This document shows positions 14,703 through 30,090 of a stretch of 64,000 bases of DNA, piece by piece (the stretch's first letter is position 1; each line of letters opens with the position of its first letter). The position numbers were made by a program, and so were the translations under genes. The notes under the pieces were generated by a model. That model was not told the origin of the DNA. It ran no database searches and saw only the letters and a list, made by a program, of their open reading frames with translations. Source of the stretch: Eledone cirrhosa (lineage: Eukaryota); NCBI GenBank assembly GCA_964016885.1, contig OZ024741.1, forward strand, positions 33,046,001-33,110,000, given 5' to 3'.

Positions 14703-15314
14703 AATTGTAAACGACTGAGAGTTTAATCTCAAAATATAATATAGTATATTGCTCCTTAACTGTAGAGCTGATCTTTAATCCCGTATAAACGGCTGCTATT
14801 TCTAGCACCGGGAATGCGGGACGGCTAGTTTGGCTGGCTACACACACGTGTAGTCAGACCTGCAAAATTTTTTATGGTGGAATGTACTAATTTTACTGGA
14901 TTCCTGTTGATAAGCACAGAAGATTTGGATATTTCACTTTTTATTTCAATTCCATTTCGATTCTCTTTATTTTTTAATTCATGTACCATCGTTGCGAAAG
15001 ATATTTAGGTTTCGAAGTTCAAATTCATCTACGGAGCGGGTTTGGATTTTGAAATTTAGATTTGTCCAGGAATCACGGCATTTGCCAATATAAGCTTGTC
15101 TTTATTGACTTATATCGAGACAGACAAATTGTATTCACTTTAATTAGTTTATTTCATTGATAGCTAACTTTGTCTGTTACAATGCAAACACGTTTTGTGT
15201 TTATCATATATATTAATGTATAACATGTATTTAACTGCTCGGAAATGCCTCTTTCTTGGAGCTGATTAATTGTAAACGACTGAGAGTTTAATCTCAAAAT
15301 ATAATATAGTATAT
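14702..15314. repeat. 565-bp unit with ~47-bp terminal direct repeat
   Basis: TAATTGTAAACGACTGAGAGTTTAATCTCAAAATATAATATAGTATAT at 14702 and 15267. Confidence 0.75.
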
Positions 15315-15388
15315 ATATATATATTTTGTATGTATGTATGTATGTATGTATGTATGTATGTATGTATGTATGTATGTATGTATGTATA

Positions 15389-16291
15389 TCTATAGAGGGC
15401 TGGTGGTTAGCAGGTGCGACGACGCCCTTGGAGAAGCCCTAGGCATGGAGGAAAATGAACTGGCCAACCTATTCGGTAGGACATTCAGCCCGGGACTTAT
15501 GGATAACTTCCAGAGGTCCCTGGCCTGGCAGTGCTACCGAGGGGCTCTGCCTGTTCGAGAAAGGCTCTCAGACACGGGCGCCCGGGTAGGGACACCTCGA
15601 AAAAGGTCTGTCCCAGATGCGTGTGCGACGAGGAAACCGTTGCACACGCATTGGTACACTGCTCGGGCATTGCCGATCTGTGGGGCTATGTTGAACGGCT
15701 GCTGTCACGGGTGGGACCGATCCGGTTGACCACCGAGTCTATTGTAACGATCAAGCCGCCTCCTCTCTTCAAAAACGAAGGAGAGGTGTTGTTTCTGTGC
15801 GTAATAGCCATGGCGAAAGAGGTTGTATGGTGGACGCGTCTGAAAGGACTGAGGTCAGACACCTTTCTCTCTGGCCAACAACTGGTCCGTTTCTTCCGAT
15901 ATCATTTCGGAAGAAGGATCAGGATGGAGAGAGAGGTGCTGCACCCCAGCCGTTTTTATGAAAGATGGGTGAAAGTGGCGAGAATTGCCCGTGTGAATGG
16001 GCCTTCACTCTACATCAGACTGTAGGTGAGAAAGATGAAAGATCATGGGAGCACCCTCTCTCTGTGCTCCTGAGGAGAAGGGTTGCACATTTTTGGGGGG
16101 GTGTGTGCGACTCCACAAGGCGCCTCCTCCCTATTGAGGATTTTGTTTTTCAATTTATTTTTGTTATATTTTGTATTTTATATTTTTATGTTTTGTTATT
16201 GCCTCCTCCTTAGTGAGGACGTCTTTTTATGTAAACTCCCCCATTGTATTTGTCCCACTCTTTGATGCCCTGGTGGCAAATAAAAAGAAAG
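15389..16291 (+). mobile_element. Tx1-like LINE, 5'-truncated 3' end (ORF2 Zn-finger region) in (TATG)n
   Basis: CPRCVCDEETVAHALVHC motif; near-identical to 36272-37170; ends AATAAA followed by microsatellite. Confidence 0.85.
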
Positions 16292-16336
16292 TTATGTATT
16301 ATGTATGTATGATGTATGTATATATATGTATGTATG

Positions 16337-16454
<118 letters not shown>

Positions 16455-16578
16455 TCTGAACTCAATTTATTGTGTGTTACAATTGTTTCGCCGGCGGACA
16501 GCTCGAGACGTGGTCATTGTGTGGATCTGTCTGATTCTGGACCCGCAGGTTCGACGGACACGTCTAATGAGTTCGGAC

Positions 16579-17365
<787 letters not shown>

Positions 17366-17369
17366 AAAA

Positions 17370-17870
17370 AATAAGCTTTTGGTATAATGATCGAACAAGG
17401 CTGTCACTTTCTCAACAGATATTTTGTTCTGCGCCAGCGTTTGGAATCTCACAGTGTTTTGTAGTAGTGGAAGCACATGTGTAACTCTACAGGGGAGAAA
17501 ACCCCAAATTTTGGCAAATGAATTCAGTATGTGTAAATAAATGCAAAAATTGCAAAAACAGCACAAATCGAATTAAGCTCTCGGCCGGGTAATTTTTAAA
17601 ATAAACTTAAGCAATTAATCAGTCAATAGAATTATCTAAAAAAATTAACTGGTTAATTGTTAGACTCGGGAGATTAATACAAATATAAATTCAGCAAGAA
17701 TCGTATTTCGGCGGGTAGAAATAAGCGAAACGCAATTTCCGAAAGCTGTTGGCAAGCGCTCCATGGACCAAAAGAGACCAGAGCAATAAACATATGTTAT
17801 AAAGGCCATACAAACTGAGACGGCGGTTAAGAAGTTATCAACCACCTAAGCCAAAAAACGAGGCAAGTAA
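17370..17870. repeat. Permuted copy of the ~600-bp unit found at 49851-50680
   Basis: Shared blocks ATAAGCTT..GGTATAA.GATCGAACAAGG, CGGGAGATTAATACAAAT, GAATCG.ATTTCGGCGGG. Confidence 0.7.
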
Positions 17871-18032
17871 ATATATATATATATATATATATAATAATGA
17901 TAATATTATTATTTATACTTATATATAAATTATATATAGTTAACAGGTAAGGTCAGTATTTTTTTTTACCACCTTATTACCAGTATGAAATAGCTCAATG
18001 TAAATACATTAGATGTATTACAAAGCAGGAAA

Positions 18033-18646
18033 ATAAAGTTCAAAACAATCAAAACTATGTTCAATACATTTTATTGCTGACAATCGTTTCTTCCAAACAG
18101 CCGTTTGGAATCATCGGAGCATTGGCAAAGTTTAAACACATAATTAAGTTTCTATTCCACAGAACAATCATAAAGATATGTTGATATTATTGTTTCTATT
18201 AATAGTGTCAAATTCAAAGAGAGTGAGGATTTTGTGGTCTTTAGCAATGGGTGTAATAAAGATTATAAAAAAATTATAAAAGAAGGTTACTCTCAAAGGA
18301 GGACATTAGTGGTACATAGGCATATAGACAGTAAGAGTATAGAGGTATTACTTACTGTCTATATACCTATGTACTACAAATGTCCTCCTTTGAGAGTAAC
18401 CTTGTTTTAAAATTTTTTTATAATCGTTATTATACCCATTGTTAAAGACCACAACATCCTCACTCTCTTTGAATTTGACACTATTGATAGCCACAATAAT
18501 ATCAACATATCTTTATGATTGTTCTGTGGAATAGGAACTTAATTATGTGATTAAACTTTGCCAATGCTCCGATGATTCCAAACGGCTGTTTGGAAGAAAC
18601 GATTGTCAGCAATAAAATGTATTGAACTTAGTTTTGATTGTTTTGA

Positions 18647-18653
<7 letters not shown>
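18033..18653. mobile_element. Large fold-back HHR element (family 5)
   Basis: ~300-bp arms with apex at ~18342; an HHR in each arm. Confidence 0.8.
18565..18611 (+). ncRNA. Hammerhead ribozyme, U4C variant
   Basis: TGCT-CCGATGA-TTCCAAAC-ggct-GTTTGGAA-GAAAC-GATT-GTC-AGCA; mirror copy at 18075-18121 (-). Confidence 0.75.
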
Positions 18654-18730
<77 letters not shown>

Positions 18731-18771
18731 AGAGAGAGAGACACGGGTGTGTATGATTGTGTATAGAAGAT

Positions 18772-19153
18772 TATATTAATAGGAGGAATTCCAACTTTGT
18801 CTGATTTACTCGTTTTATTTACAATCCTTTAACATTTATAATGGTATTATAATGAAATAGTATGATAGAATATTAAATGTTAAGTGTTAATTGAACAAAT
18901 ACTTTCATGCTTTCGCAATCTTCAGGTTCATAATGTGTGGTGACAGTCAAGTTTGCAATTTTAAACTGTGAAAATTGCAAACTTGACTGTTACCACACAT
19001 TATGAACCTGAAGATTGCGAAAGCATGAAAGTACTTGTTCAATTAACACTTAACATTTAATATTCTATCATACTATTTCATTATAATACCATTATAAATT
19101 TTAAAGGATTGTAAATAAAACGAGTAAATCAGACAAAGTTGGAATTCCTCTTA

Positions 19154-19161
<8 letters not shown>
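18772..19161. mobile_element. Fold-back HHR element (family 6)
   Basis: ~190-bp arms with apex at ~18966. Confidence 0.8.
19003..19041 (+). ncRNA. Minimal hammerhead ribozyme
   Basis: TGAAC-CTGAAGA-T-TGC-GAAA-GCA-T-GAAAGTACTT-GTTCA. Confidence 0.85.
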
Positions 19162-19228
<67 letters not shown>

Positions 19229-19852
19229 AAATAACAGGAGGCTGGACTGGTGGAATTCCTTAAAACGTTTATTATACTCTGATCATCTTAATGACCGGGT
19301 TCAGTATGAGTCCGGTGACAGCATCAGGTATTCGAAATATAACAAAATCAATGGGGCTGAAAATCAGAGACATTAGGGGGCCGACGATTTGCCAGCTTCT
19401 ACCCCGGTCTGCCGCCCTTGAGTGGTGATTATTAAGCCTACCTGTGTCCATCTGGTGAAGGAACGTAGGCTTATAGCTTACTACTACCACCCCGTCACAG
19501 ACAGAGGCCAGCGGTGAGATCAGGTTACAATCAAGCTGGTCATGGGTGCTAGAAAGTGCCGCGAAAAATATTTTTTAAAAGAACATATATCTTTAACAAA
19601 GCTACATATAGTAATATATAGTGGGCATCTGCATAGTGTAATGTATGGACAGAAATTACGATTAACAATTAGAAACGTTAAATTCATGTTTAGAATTAAA
19701 GGATGTCATTTAAGATGAAATCAGAAAAATAAGGTTTAGGATTAAACTTGGGAGATTTAGTTAAAGAATTTACAGAAGGAGGCTTTTATGAAAAAGTTTA
19801 AGTGTATTATAGATAGTCACGATAAAGTTTCAGGGTAGAATATAGAGTAAAG

Positions 19853-20392
19853 ATTAAGCCCATGCTTAGCGGTCAATAACATGCGACGTTGCGGACCCCC
19901 GGCCAGCCCGTGGCCCAACGGCGTGTCAGCCGTTCCGAGTATTATCGTCTAGCGAAAGAAATGGAAATTTATTTTTCCGAGCACTCCAGGAATGTTAACT
20001 GTCTTAAGCGTCGGGTGTGTTAGCGGGAAGTCCGCCACCGTCCGCGGCCATCGTATATACCAAACGATTACTAGTTATTCGCACTGGTGGGGGATTTAGT
20101 TAAGTGTCTAGTAGAGGGAGGCAAGATAAAGTTAAAAGTTATGATTAAGCCTAGAATTTAAAGGTACTGTTTGGCGGTCAATAACCGGTGGCGCGGCAGG
20201 TTCCAAGTCGACAGGACCCCAGGGCGAAGCAGCCGTTCCGAGTATTTTCGTTTACCGAAAGAAGGGGAAATTTATTTTTCCAAGCACTCTAAGAAGGCTG
20301 ATCGACCCGAGCGCCTGGCGTGCAGTCGGGAAAGCCGCCACATCCGTCGGATCATCGCGTGTACCAAACAATTATTAGTTATTCACACTCGA
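19853..20392. repeat. Diverged tandem duplication of a ~250-nt GC-rich structured sequence
   Basis: Blocks GCGGTCAATAAC, CAGCCGTTCCGAGTATT, GGAAATTTATTTTTCC.AGCACTC, CCGCCAC and TACCAAAC.ATTA.TAGTTATTC.CACT each occur twice. Confidence 0.75.
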
Positions 20393-21577
20393 GATGTGAA
20401 GTTGAAAGTGGCAAAATCTGATGAAATGTGTAAATGGATTATATTTAGTTTCCAGTTAGTCCGGGTTATATGTAGTGTGATTCTTTGGTGAGTAGGGGGA
20501 GTGAATAAAGATAAACAGATATAGGGTACAGAGAGTAATATTCTAGGGTCGTGTGCTAATGAGTACAAGGCTAAGTATATAATGAGAGTAAAGCGAGTAA
20601 ATAAATACATAAATAAAACCATAAGTAAAATACATAAATAAAATGCAGTCATACCTAGGGTGGTAATGGAGGGAGTAAGAAGGAAGTATATAAGAACATA
20701 TCGAAGAAATCAAAATACAGAAAAAATACAATATAGATCAGGTGCAGTAAATGGAGAGTATATAGCACGGTTGGAGAATACATGGTTATACATATGGATA
20801 TAGATGATGGAAGAGTTGGAATGGTATCAGGTGATACCTAGTGTATGTTCGAGTCTTAATTTTCAATGAGAATCCCAAAAGCCCTGAAATATAGGATAGA
20901 GAATTCAGTCAATACAATACAGGGTATAGTAGAATACGCAGATTCCCTGAAGAATCTATGAGGTCTGACGGAGTCTGAATATTCGCAACAGGGAAGCAGC
21001 AATGCATGGTCCGGGTGGGCGGTAGACAAAGCTTAATGTAGCCAAAATCCGAATGGTGTAGTTAGTCCCATGCTGGCGATAGCTGTACACTGGAGTCAGT
21101 GCCGCTGTTCATTCTTACATCTGAAAGCGCTCGACATTCCTGGAGCATTATTTATTTAGGTTTGTTGGTTCACCACTGGATAGAACTAGTCATTCCGTGT
21201 GGTCAACCTCGATATATATATCTACTATATAAGTCCCCTTCTGTCTGTGTGTGTGTAAAGTATTATAACTTGCGTATTGTTCACCCGATCTCGGTAAAAT
21301 TTTACACATTGCCAAAGGAGGATGCGAGACGTGTCAATAACAACTATTTATTGCATAATTGTTACTTTCAAAGTGATAATCGCCATTTTTCTAATCCTTG
21401 TGTGACTTTGCGTTAAAAAAAATCTCCATTAGAATTGCCGTAAGCAGGAACGCGGTAGAGAAAGAGAAGGAAGTAGAAAATGCAGAGTAGAAGAGAGAGA
21501 GAGGGACAGAAAAAGAAAGAGAGAGAATGTCTATAGGAGGGAAACAGCGACAGAAAGAAAGAGACAAAGAAAAAAGG

Positions 21578-21621
<44 letters not shown>

Positions 21622-21869
21622 AGAGAAGGCTGTGTGAGAGAAGGGACTAGCAAAAAGAGAGAGAAAGAAGAGGTTGTGTGAGAGGGGAAGGAAAGAGAAA
21701 GTGAGACAGTAAGTAACCACATGTGAGAAGAGAAGCAGACGACAATATAAAATATTAAACACGATGTTAGAAAAATATTTTTGTAAATATGGCAATATTT
21801 TATATACACATACATGCATAGATAAATACATACATATGTTTACAGGTGTATATATATATATATATATAT

Positions 21870-22177
21870 AGTAAGGTGCATTATTGGTTGTGTAAAATGG
21901 TCCAATAACTTTATGTTAGCAATATTAAGTTCTCCACGCTTTTGTATATCTCCAATTCCATTCGAGGGAACAGCTAGATGATGTAAAACGGAGTATAAGT
22001 ATCAAAATGAAAATCCGAAGGCAAGGTAAAATTCCAATCATTTAATCACGACACATGTTTCAATAAGAGATATATCGATTGTGAAGCCATGATGGCTTCA
22101 CAATCGATCTATCTCTTATTGAAACATGTGTCGTGATTAAATGATTGGAATTTTACCTTGCCTTCGGATTTTCATTT

Positions 22178-22181
<4 letters not shown>
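21870..22181. repeat. Fold-back element with HHR 3' half (family 7) nested in the Helitron
   Basis: Arms 22001-22090 / 22092-22181; GAAAC-ATGT-GTC-GTGAT at 22121. Confidence 0.7.
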
Positions 22182-22237
<56 letters not shown>

Positions 22238-22361
22238 TATATATATATATATCGCCATTTTTCTAATCCTTATGGGACGTTGCATTCAAAATTTTCATTA
22301 GAAGATTTTGAATGCAAAGTCCCATAAGGATTAGAAAAATGGCGAGATATATATATATATA

Positions 22362-22434
<73 letters not shown>

Positions 22435-22448
22435 ATATAATATATATA

Positions 22449-22533
<85 letters not shown>

Positions 22534-23466
22534 CTGTAAACATATGTATGTATTTATCTGGTTGCTGTAAACAGCAACCAGGTAAATTTCTTTGATTTGA
22601 TTTGTTTCAGATTTATTCAAATACAGATTTTCGATGAGATCGCGTCCCGTTCTGTCTGTGTGCGTAAAGTATTATAACTTTCGTATTATTCACCCGATCT
22701 CTTAAAATTTTACACATTGCTAAAGGAGGATGCGAGATGTTTTTATAAAAGAAACATAACCACTTTAGATGACGCTATATATTGTGTATTACAAGACTCT
22801 TTTATTAATTAGCACTGATGGACTGTAATACTTCTAGAACCTACAAAGTAGACAAGTATTGTACTCAGTAATTTGATTGCCGATGTCACGGAATATACTT
22901 GTTGTGACAATTCCTTAATGACATATACATAACATTTACAGCATTGTGTTTCACAATTTCTTCTCGGTGATCAGTCAGTTTGTAATGATATTTTCTTTGA
23001 ACATTTGCAGTAGGTTCTGTAGTATATCAGTCTCTGGTTGACAGTTAATTATTTAAGAAGGAAGTAGAAAGTTCAGAATAGAAGAGAGAGAGAGGGACAG
23101 AAAAAGAAAGAAAGAGAATGTCTATAGGAGGGAAACAGCGACAGAAAGAAAGAAACAAAGAAAAAAGGGGAAGAGAGATAGAAGGCTGTGTGAGAGAATG
23201 GACTGGCAAAATGAGAGAGAAAGAAGAGGATGTGTGAGAGGGGAAAGAAAGAGAGAGTGAGAGAGTAAGTAACCACATGTGATGAAATGGAAGAGAAGCA
23301 GACGACAATATAAAATATTAAACACGATATTAGAAAAATATTTTTGTAAATATGTTATACATGCATGCATGCATAGATAAATACATACATATGATTAAAG
23401 TTATATTTATATATATATTTTTTTATATATACATACATGCATAGATAAATACATACATATGTTTAC

Positions 23467-23510
<44 letters not shown>

Positions 23511-24092
23511 AAGTAAGTCCTTCATCAATGGCCTTCCAACCGTCCTATGCATTTCATCGCTTTAAAGGCCATATACCTCAGGTTGGTGCGAACAACAGCT
23601 AAAAAAAGTCGTTGGGACACGTAAATAAAGGGGACGCTAGGGTGAACAAACAAAATGGTTTAAGCAACAGAAAGTGAGAAGAAAGAGACAAGTCCCAGAT
23701 TTCTATGAATATAAACTCGGTGAAATCGTGAACGAGAGAATAAAGACCATCAAACCTGGTTGAAATGTGAGCAAGGAAGGAATTTCGCACAGGTCTAACG
23801 GGGGAAGAAGAAGGGGTCTGGTCTACGAATTCGGTAAACATAAGTTCTGTAAAGTCGCAGACGAGAGAGAGAGAGAGAAAAAAAATTCATACCGGCTTGG
23901 CCAAGAGCACGCGAGAAAAGAATTCGAACAGGTCAAACGGGAAGAAAGAGGAGGAGGAGGAGGAGAGGTAGTGACAGAGAATGAGTGAGTGAAAGTTGAG
24001 GAAGAGGCTAACAGAGAGAGAGAGACTGCTAGAAAGGGTAAAGATACAAAGAACGAAACAGACGGGTGGCAGCAGAGGAAAAAATAAATGTG

Positions 24093-24169
<77 letters not shown>

Positions 24170-24619
24170 AGTAAGAATATTTTCGAAACAGCGAGCGGGA
24201 TTGAAATTATTATAAATGTAAGCTATCGCCGTATTTTGACTAAAGAAATTAAAGAAATTATTTAGCCTGATAGTGGGGTTAAGAACCCTCGGAGAAATGG
24301 AAAAAGATGAGTATTGACGTACCATATTTATATATATATGTATATATAGTAATAATAATAAATTTGAAGACTAAAATCCAAAGGCTCGATAAGGATAAAT
24401 ATATATCAAATATATAAGAACCGTAGAGCAAATATTTATTAAAATAACAAATTAAAGTTTAAGCAAAGAATCGTATATTTGTGTGTATTTATACATATAT
24501 ATGTGTGTGTCAATACTCATCTTTTTCCATTTCTCCGAGGGTTCTTAACCCCACTATCAGGCTAAATAATTTCTTTAATTCCTTTAATCAAAATACGGTG
24601 ATAGCTTACATTTATAATA

Positions 24620-24677
<58 letters not shown>

Positions 24678-24899
24678 CATATATGCATACATGCATAGAT
24701 AAATACATACATTTGTTTCAGGTATATTTATATATGTATATATTTTATATATACATACATGCATAGATAAATACATGCATATGTTTACAGGTATATTTAT
24801 ATATACCTGTAAATATGAGAACTCCCATAAACAGCAATGAGATAAATTTCTTTGATTTGATTTGTTTCAGATTTATTCAATTATAGATTTTCCATAGAA

Positions 24900-27800
24900 T
24901 TCCTCGAAAAAGCATTCTATGGAAAATCTTTACGCGCAAGCGAGACAGAAGAACAATGTATGCTACGGCGTGCTCGCAATGCTACTTCTACTTCGAAGGC
25001 CAGAGCATTACAGACAACTGAACAAGCAGAACTCCGGCTGGCTTGCGATGCTGCTTCTACTTCAAATAGCCGTGCTTTAGAGACTGTTGACCAAACGGCA
25101 ACAAGGCTTGCGACTGATTCTCAACGGAAAATGCGTTCTCATGTCTTTCCGGTGGTTTCTTCCTGTTACTGGTCTAAGAAGGCTTTTCATTACAGCCTCC
25201 AAGAGGACTACGCATCCCACCCACATATCATCATTGGTAGCATGTCAACTGTTTGCGTCCATTGTAACGCAATGAGGTGACCAGCAGAATCTACCGGTAT
25301 ATGCTGCTCCAATGGAACGGTTAGATTGCCTCATGTACAAGTCGGTGCCGAACCTTTGAATTCTCTGCTGCTTGGAGACCACCCTGATTCTAAACACTTT
25401 CTTAGAAATATAAGAGCCTACAATTCGGCTTTCCAAATGACAAGCTTTTGTCATACACCAATAAAACATGGAAATTATATGCCCACATTCAAAGTGCAAG
25501 GCCAAATTTACCATCAAATTGGCTCCCTTATTCCACAAGATGGCGATGAACACAGTTTTCTCCAGATTTACTTTATGGGGAACGGACCTGAAGAAACTGC
25601 ACGAAGAGCTTCAGTTGCTAACGGAACAATACCTTTTCTTCTGCAGCCCCTTCACTATATGCTTCATACCATAAACCCCTACGTCACCATTCTCAAAACT
25701 GCTTTTCAGTGTAGAGATGCTAATACCAATCAATTCAAGGTTGTTATTCGAGGTGACAGCGCTCCACCAGGGCAGCATCGGGGTTCCTTTAACAGACCCC
25801 AAACCGATTAAGTTGCGGTGCTTATAACAAGTCCTAATGAGAGTGCTTCAAAACGTGATATTGTTCTTGAATGGCAGGACTCGCGTCTTCAAAAAATAAA
25901 TGAACTTCATCCTGCATATGATGCCCTCCAATATCCATTACTGTTCCCCTTTGGCGACGATGGCTACCGCATTGACTTGCCAAAGTGTAATCCGGCTACT
26001 TTAATGCATCTTCAACCACGGAAAACCATTTCACAAATGGAATTTTATGCATTTAGGCTTATGGTTCGCAAAAACGACACCAACATTCTGCATAGAACAC
26101 GGATGCTCTTCAATCAATACTGTGTAGACGTATTTGTTAAGGTAACTATTTATTATTTTATCATTTCGTTCAGAAAATTTCCTTAGCCAGTTCACTCAAT
26201 ATTTACCACAACAATTTCTTTCTTTTCCAGATTGACACTGAACGCCTCCAATGGATAAGACACCATCAAAATGAACTGCGTTCAGAAGAATACGGCCATC
26301 TACGTGACGAAGTCAACCGAAATGATCAGGTTATTGCTTCGGATGTTGGGCTTTCTGTCATTCTCCCATCGTCATACACTGGAGGCTCCCGTTACATGCA
26401 TGAAAAAATGCAGGATTCTCTCACCTATGTCCGCCATTGTAGCCGTCATGAGCCTTTTATCACCTTCACATGCAATCCAAAATGGATTGACATCCAGTCT
26501 CACTTACTTCAGGGCCAAACTCCTTCACACAGGCATGATATCACATCTAGAGCGTTTCACCTAAAGCTTATGAAAATGATGGATGTTATAAAATATGAAC
26601 AACTTTTTGGACCAGTAAGGTGTTTCATGTACACCGTAGAATGGCAGAAGAGAGGACTCCCACATGCCCCTATTCTCCTTTGTCTTTAAAAAAAACTCAT
26701 GTCAACTGATGTTGATTCCGTTATAAGTGCTGAATTACCAAATCCCCAAGGAGACCCTGTCCTTTTTCAAATTATCAAAGCCAACATGATCCATGGACCG
26801 TGTGGCCACCTAAATCCAAAATCTGCATGTATGGATAATGGGAAATGTACAAAGCGTTACCCACGTAAACTTATCCTTGAAACCAAAACTGGTGATGATG
26901 GCTACCCTTTATACTGTCGCAGGGCACCGCAGGAGGGTGGACATACGGCAACTATAACAATGGTTGGTGGTCAAGATTTCAATATCGACAACCGATGGGT
27001 TGTACCACATAATAAGGTGCTTTGTAAATTGTTTTCAGCTCACATTAATGTTGAATTCTGCAACTCCAATACATCTGCAAGTATGTTCATAAGGGAGCCG
27101 ATCGAGCAGTTATTGAGTTGACTAAGACCGATAACTCTGATGCCGCTACAGATGAGGTCATGTTTTTCCAAACTGGACGCTACATCTCTTCTAACGAGGC
27201 ATTTTGGCGCATATTTGGGTTTCCGATCCATGAACGTGAACCTGCAGTTATTCACCTCAGCGTTCATTTGAAGAATAGTCAACGGGTGTATTTTAACCAA
27301 GAAAATATGCTTGACTGTGCAAGACAACCTCAAAGAACGACCCTTACCGGATTCTTTGAACTTTGTATTTCTGACTCTTTTGCCAGAACACTTCTTTATG
27401 CGGAGTTGTCTACATTCTACACGTGGAAAATATCTTCCCACTGTTGGCAAAGAAGAAAGCGAGGACGCATTTCAAAAAGGGATGCTTCGATACGTGAGTC
27501 TGATGCCCTCTCAAGAGGGTACACAGTTCACCCGCTCAATTCAGAATGCTTTCACCTTCGTCTTCTATTGCACGTTGTCAAAGGGCCAACTTCCTTTGAA
27601 GACCTTCGTACCGTCAATGGCCATATTTGTTCAACATTTAAAGAGGCCTGCTCCAAATTAGGTCTTCTCGACAATGATGACCCCTATGACCACGCACTCC
27701 ATGAAGCATCAATGTTGCAGTCACCAATTGCTCTTCGTAAACTTTTCGCCGTAATGCTGGTGTACTGCAGTCTTGGGAATCCACAGTCTTTCTGGGAGAA

Positions 27801-29410
27801 ATATCGCGACAGCATGTGCTTGGACATCCTAATGCAATCTCGCTTCGCGTCCACACACATGAATTTACAGTTTACACCTGAAATGTACAACTGCGGTCTC
27901 ATATTTCTAGAAGATATACTTTTGGAAATAGGTGGCTGTCCCTTGAAGAACTACTGTATGGAATCCCCTAAAAGAGAAAATGAGGCTGTTTGTAACCGCC
28001 CCCTACTAAGGGAGACATGCTACGATGCTACCAGGCTTCTGTCCTACGTTCAAGAAAGAGAAACACTTTTGAATCTTGAACAAGCTGATGTCTATACTTT
28101 TGTTTTGACCATGCTTGAAGACACCAGCGGTGGCATCCACTTCCTTGATGCGCCAGGTGGCACAGGAAAGACATTTCTCCTCAACCTCCTTCTTGCCAGT
28201 GTTCGCCAACGTGGACAGATTGCCATTGCAATGGCGTCGTCAGGAATAGCAGCAACACTGCTAGACGGCGGTAGAACAGTCCATTCAACATTTAAGCTTC
28301 CCCTTAACATCGGTTAATCTTGAACAAGCTGATGAGGTTGCTGTCTTTCAAAAATGCAAATTAATTGTCTGGGATGAGGCAACAATGTCCCACAAGAATG
28401 CACTTGAGGCAATCAATACAACGCTACAAGACCTGAGCTCCAACTCTAAACCGTTCGGTGGAGTCTTTCTGCTTCTTGCTGGGGATTTTCGTCAAACTCT
28501 TCCCATTGTCCCAAAAGCCAACCAGTTGAAGGAAATAGATGCTTGCATTAAACATTCTCATCTTTGGCACTTCGTCCAGTTGAGAAAGTTAACCATCAAC
28601 ATGCCATCGATTCTCCACCAACAAGACGATGGCAATTACTTTGCTTCAAAGTTATTGGATGTTGGTAATGGAAACTTACCATTCGACGTAAACGGTTTGG
28701 TTGACAAGTACCATCGGTAACTACGTCTCCAGCCCTGAGGATATTTGCACAAGAGTTTACTCCGACCTCTCAACAAATGAGGTCAGTCATCAATGGATGT
28801 GTGAAAGGGCCATCTTAGCTCCTACAAATGCCACCGTCCAAGCTTTTAACACATGTCTGCTTCGTCAACTTCTTTCCCAAGAGCGATGTCATGCTTCGAT
28901 TAATTCGATTACGGATCCGACGCAAGTAACGTCTTATCCAACAGAGTTTTTAAACTCACAAGAGCCATCGGGAATGCCACCGCATAAACTCTGCCTAAGA
29001 CTTGGAAGTCCCATCATACTCTTGAGAAACTTGGAACCTCCTCGGCTTTGCAATGGCACACGTTTGGTTATAACGCAAATGTTGGATGACGTTCTCGAGG
29101 CTACAATCATTACGGGAAAAGGCGCTGGCGACTCTGTTTTTATTTCCAGAGTTCCACTTATTCCAACTGACTCTGTCTTTCCGATGAAAAGAGTCCAATT
29201 CCCCATTCAATTAAGTTTTGCAATGACCATTAACAAAGCCCAAGGGCAGTCATTAAAAGTGGTTGGGCTGGACCTCAGTACTCCAGGCTTTTCACACGGA
29301 CAACTGTATGTGGGATGTTCAAGAGTTGGAAACTCGGCCAATCTCTTTTACTACGCTCCCGGAAGATTGACAAAAGATGTGGTTTACAAGGTAGCCCTCC
29401 AATCGTTTTT
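24900..29410 (+). pseudogene. Helitron RepHel (HUH Rep plus PIF1 helicase) with stops and frameshifts; intron 26142-26230
   Basis: TFTCNPKW, VEWQKRGLPHAP (HUH mutated), YICKYVHKG, DAPGGTGKTFLL, FAMTINKAQGQSL, HGQLYVGCSRV. Confidence 0.9.
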
Positions 29411-29920
29411 CCGTGGAGTCGAACGCCCCTTCAGGTTGGTCCTTATTGCGATTACTTACTTTTCACAATAGGTAGTGTTCCAACAAATGCCCATTGATGA
29501 AATCCACCATTTTTTCATTTCAATGGACAGCCTTCCACATGCACCAGGTTATTTCATAATTCAATTAAACATGTAGTTTCTTACAGATTGCCTTCATGTC
29601 AACCGAACTGTGGTCTATGCTTTTTGTACCGATTCTTCAGCCATTCAGGAAATTAAACGACATTCCAAACGATATTTCCATTTTTCTCTATTTTCACATT
29701 TTTCTCTATTTTCTATTTCGATATTTCTCTATTTTCACATTTTAATGACAGATATCTGTAAATAAAACATGCTCTTTTTGAATACCGTCACTTTTTTATT
29801 GAAAGAGTTGATCACGTAAAATTATCCTCCATGTTAAACATCGACAAAACGGAATTTCACTATTAAGACTGCAGTCCAACCGAGAACTAATACCGTCCAA
29901 TGGACGGGGGGCATTTGCTA

Positions 29921-30090
<170 letters not shown>

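Noticed and set aside
19270-19335. Degenerate HHR on the minus strand (CTGATGC ... AAGA-TGATCA)
   Set aside because: Too many core mismatches to call
20020-20390. RNase P/MRP-like GGAAGTCC motif in the twin domains
   Set aside because: No matching CR-V block or P4 pairing
24900-29410. PIF1 helicase as a host gene
   Set aside because: It is fused to a HUH Rep inside Helitron termini and disrupted by stops and frameshifts
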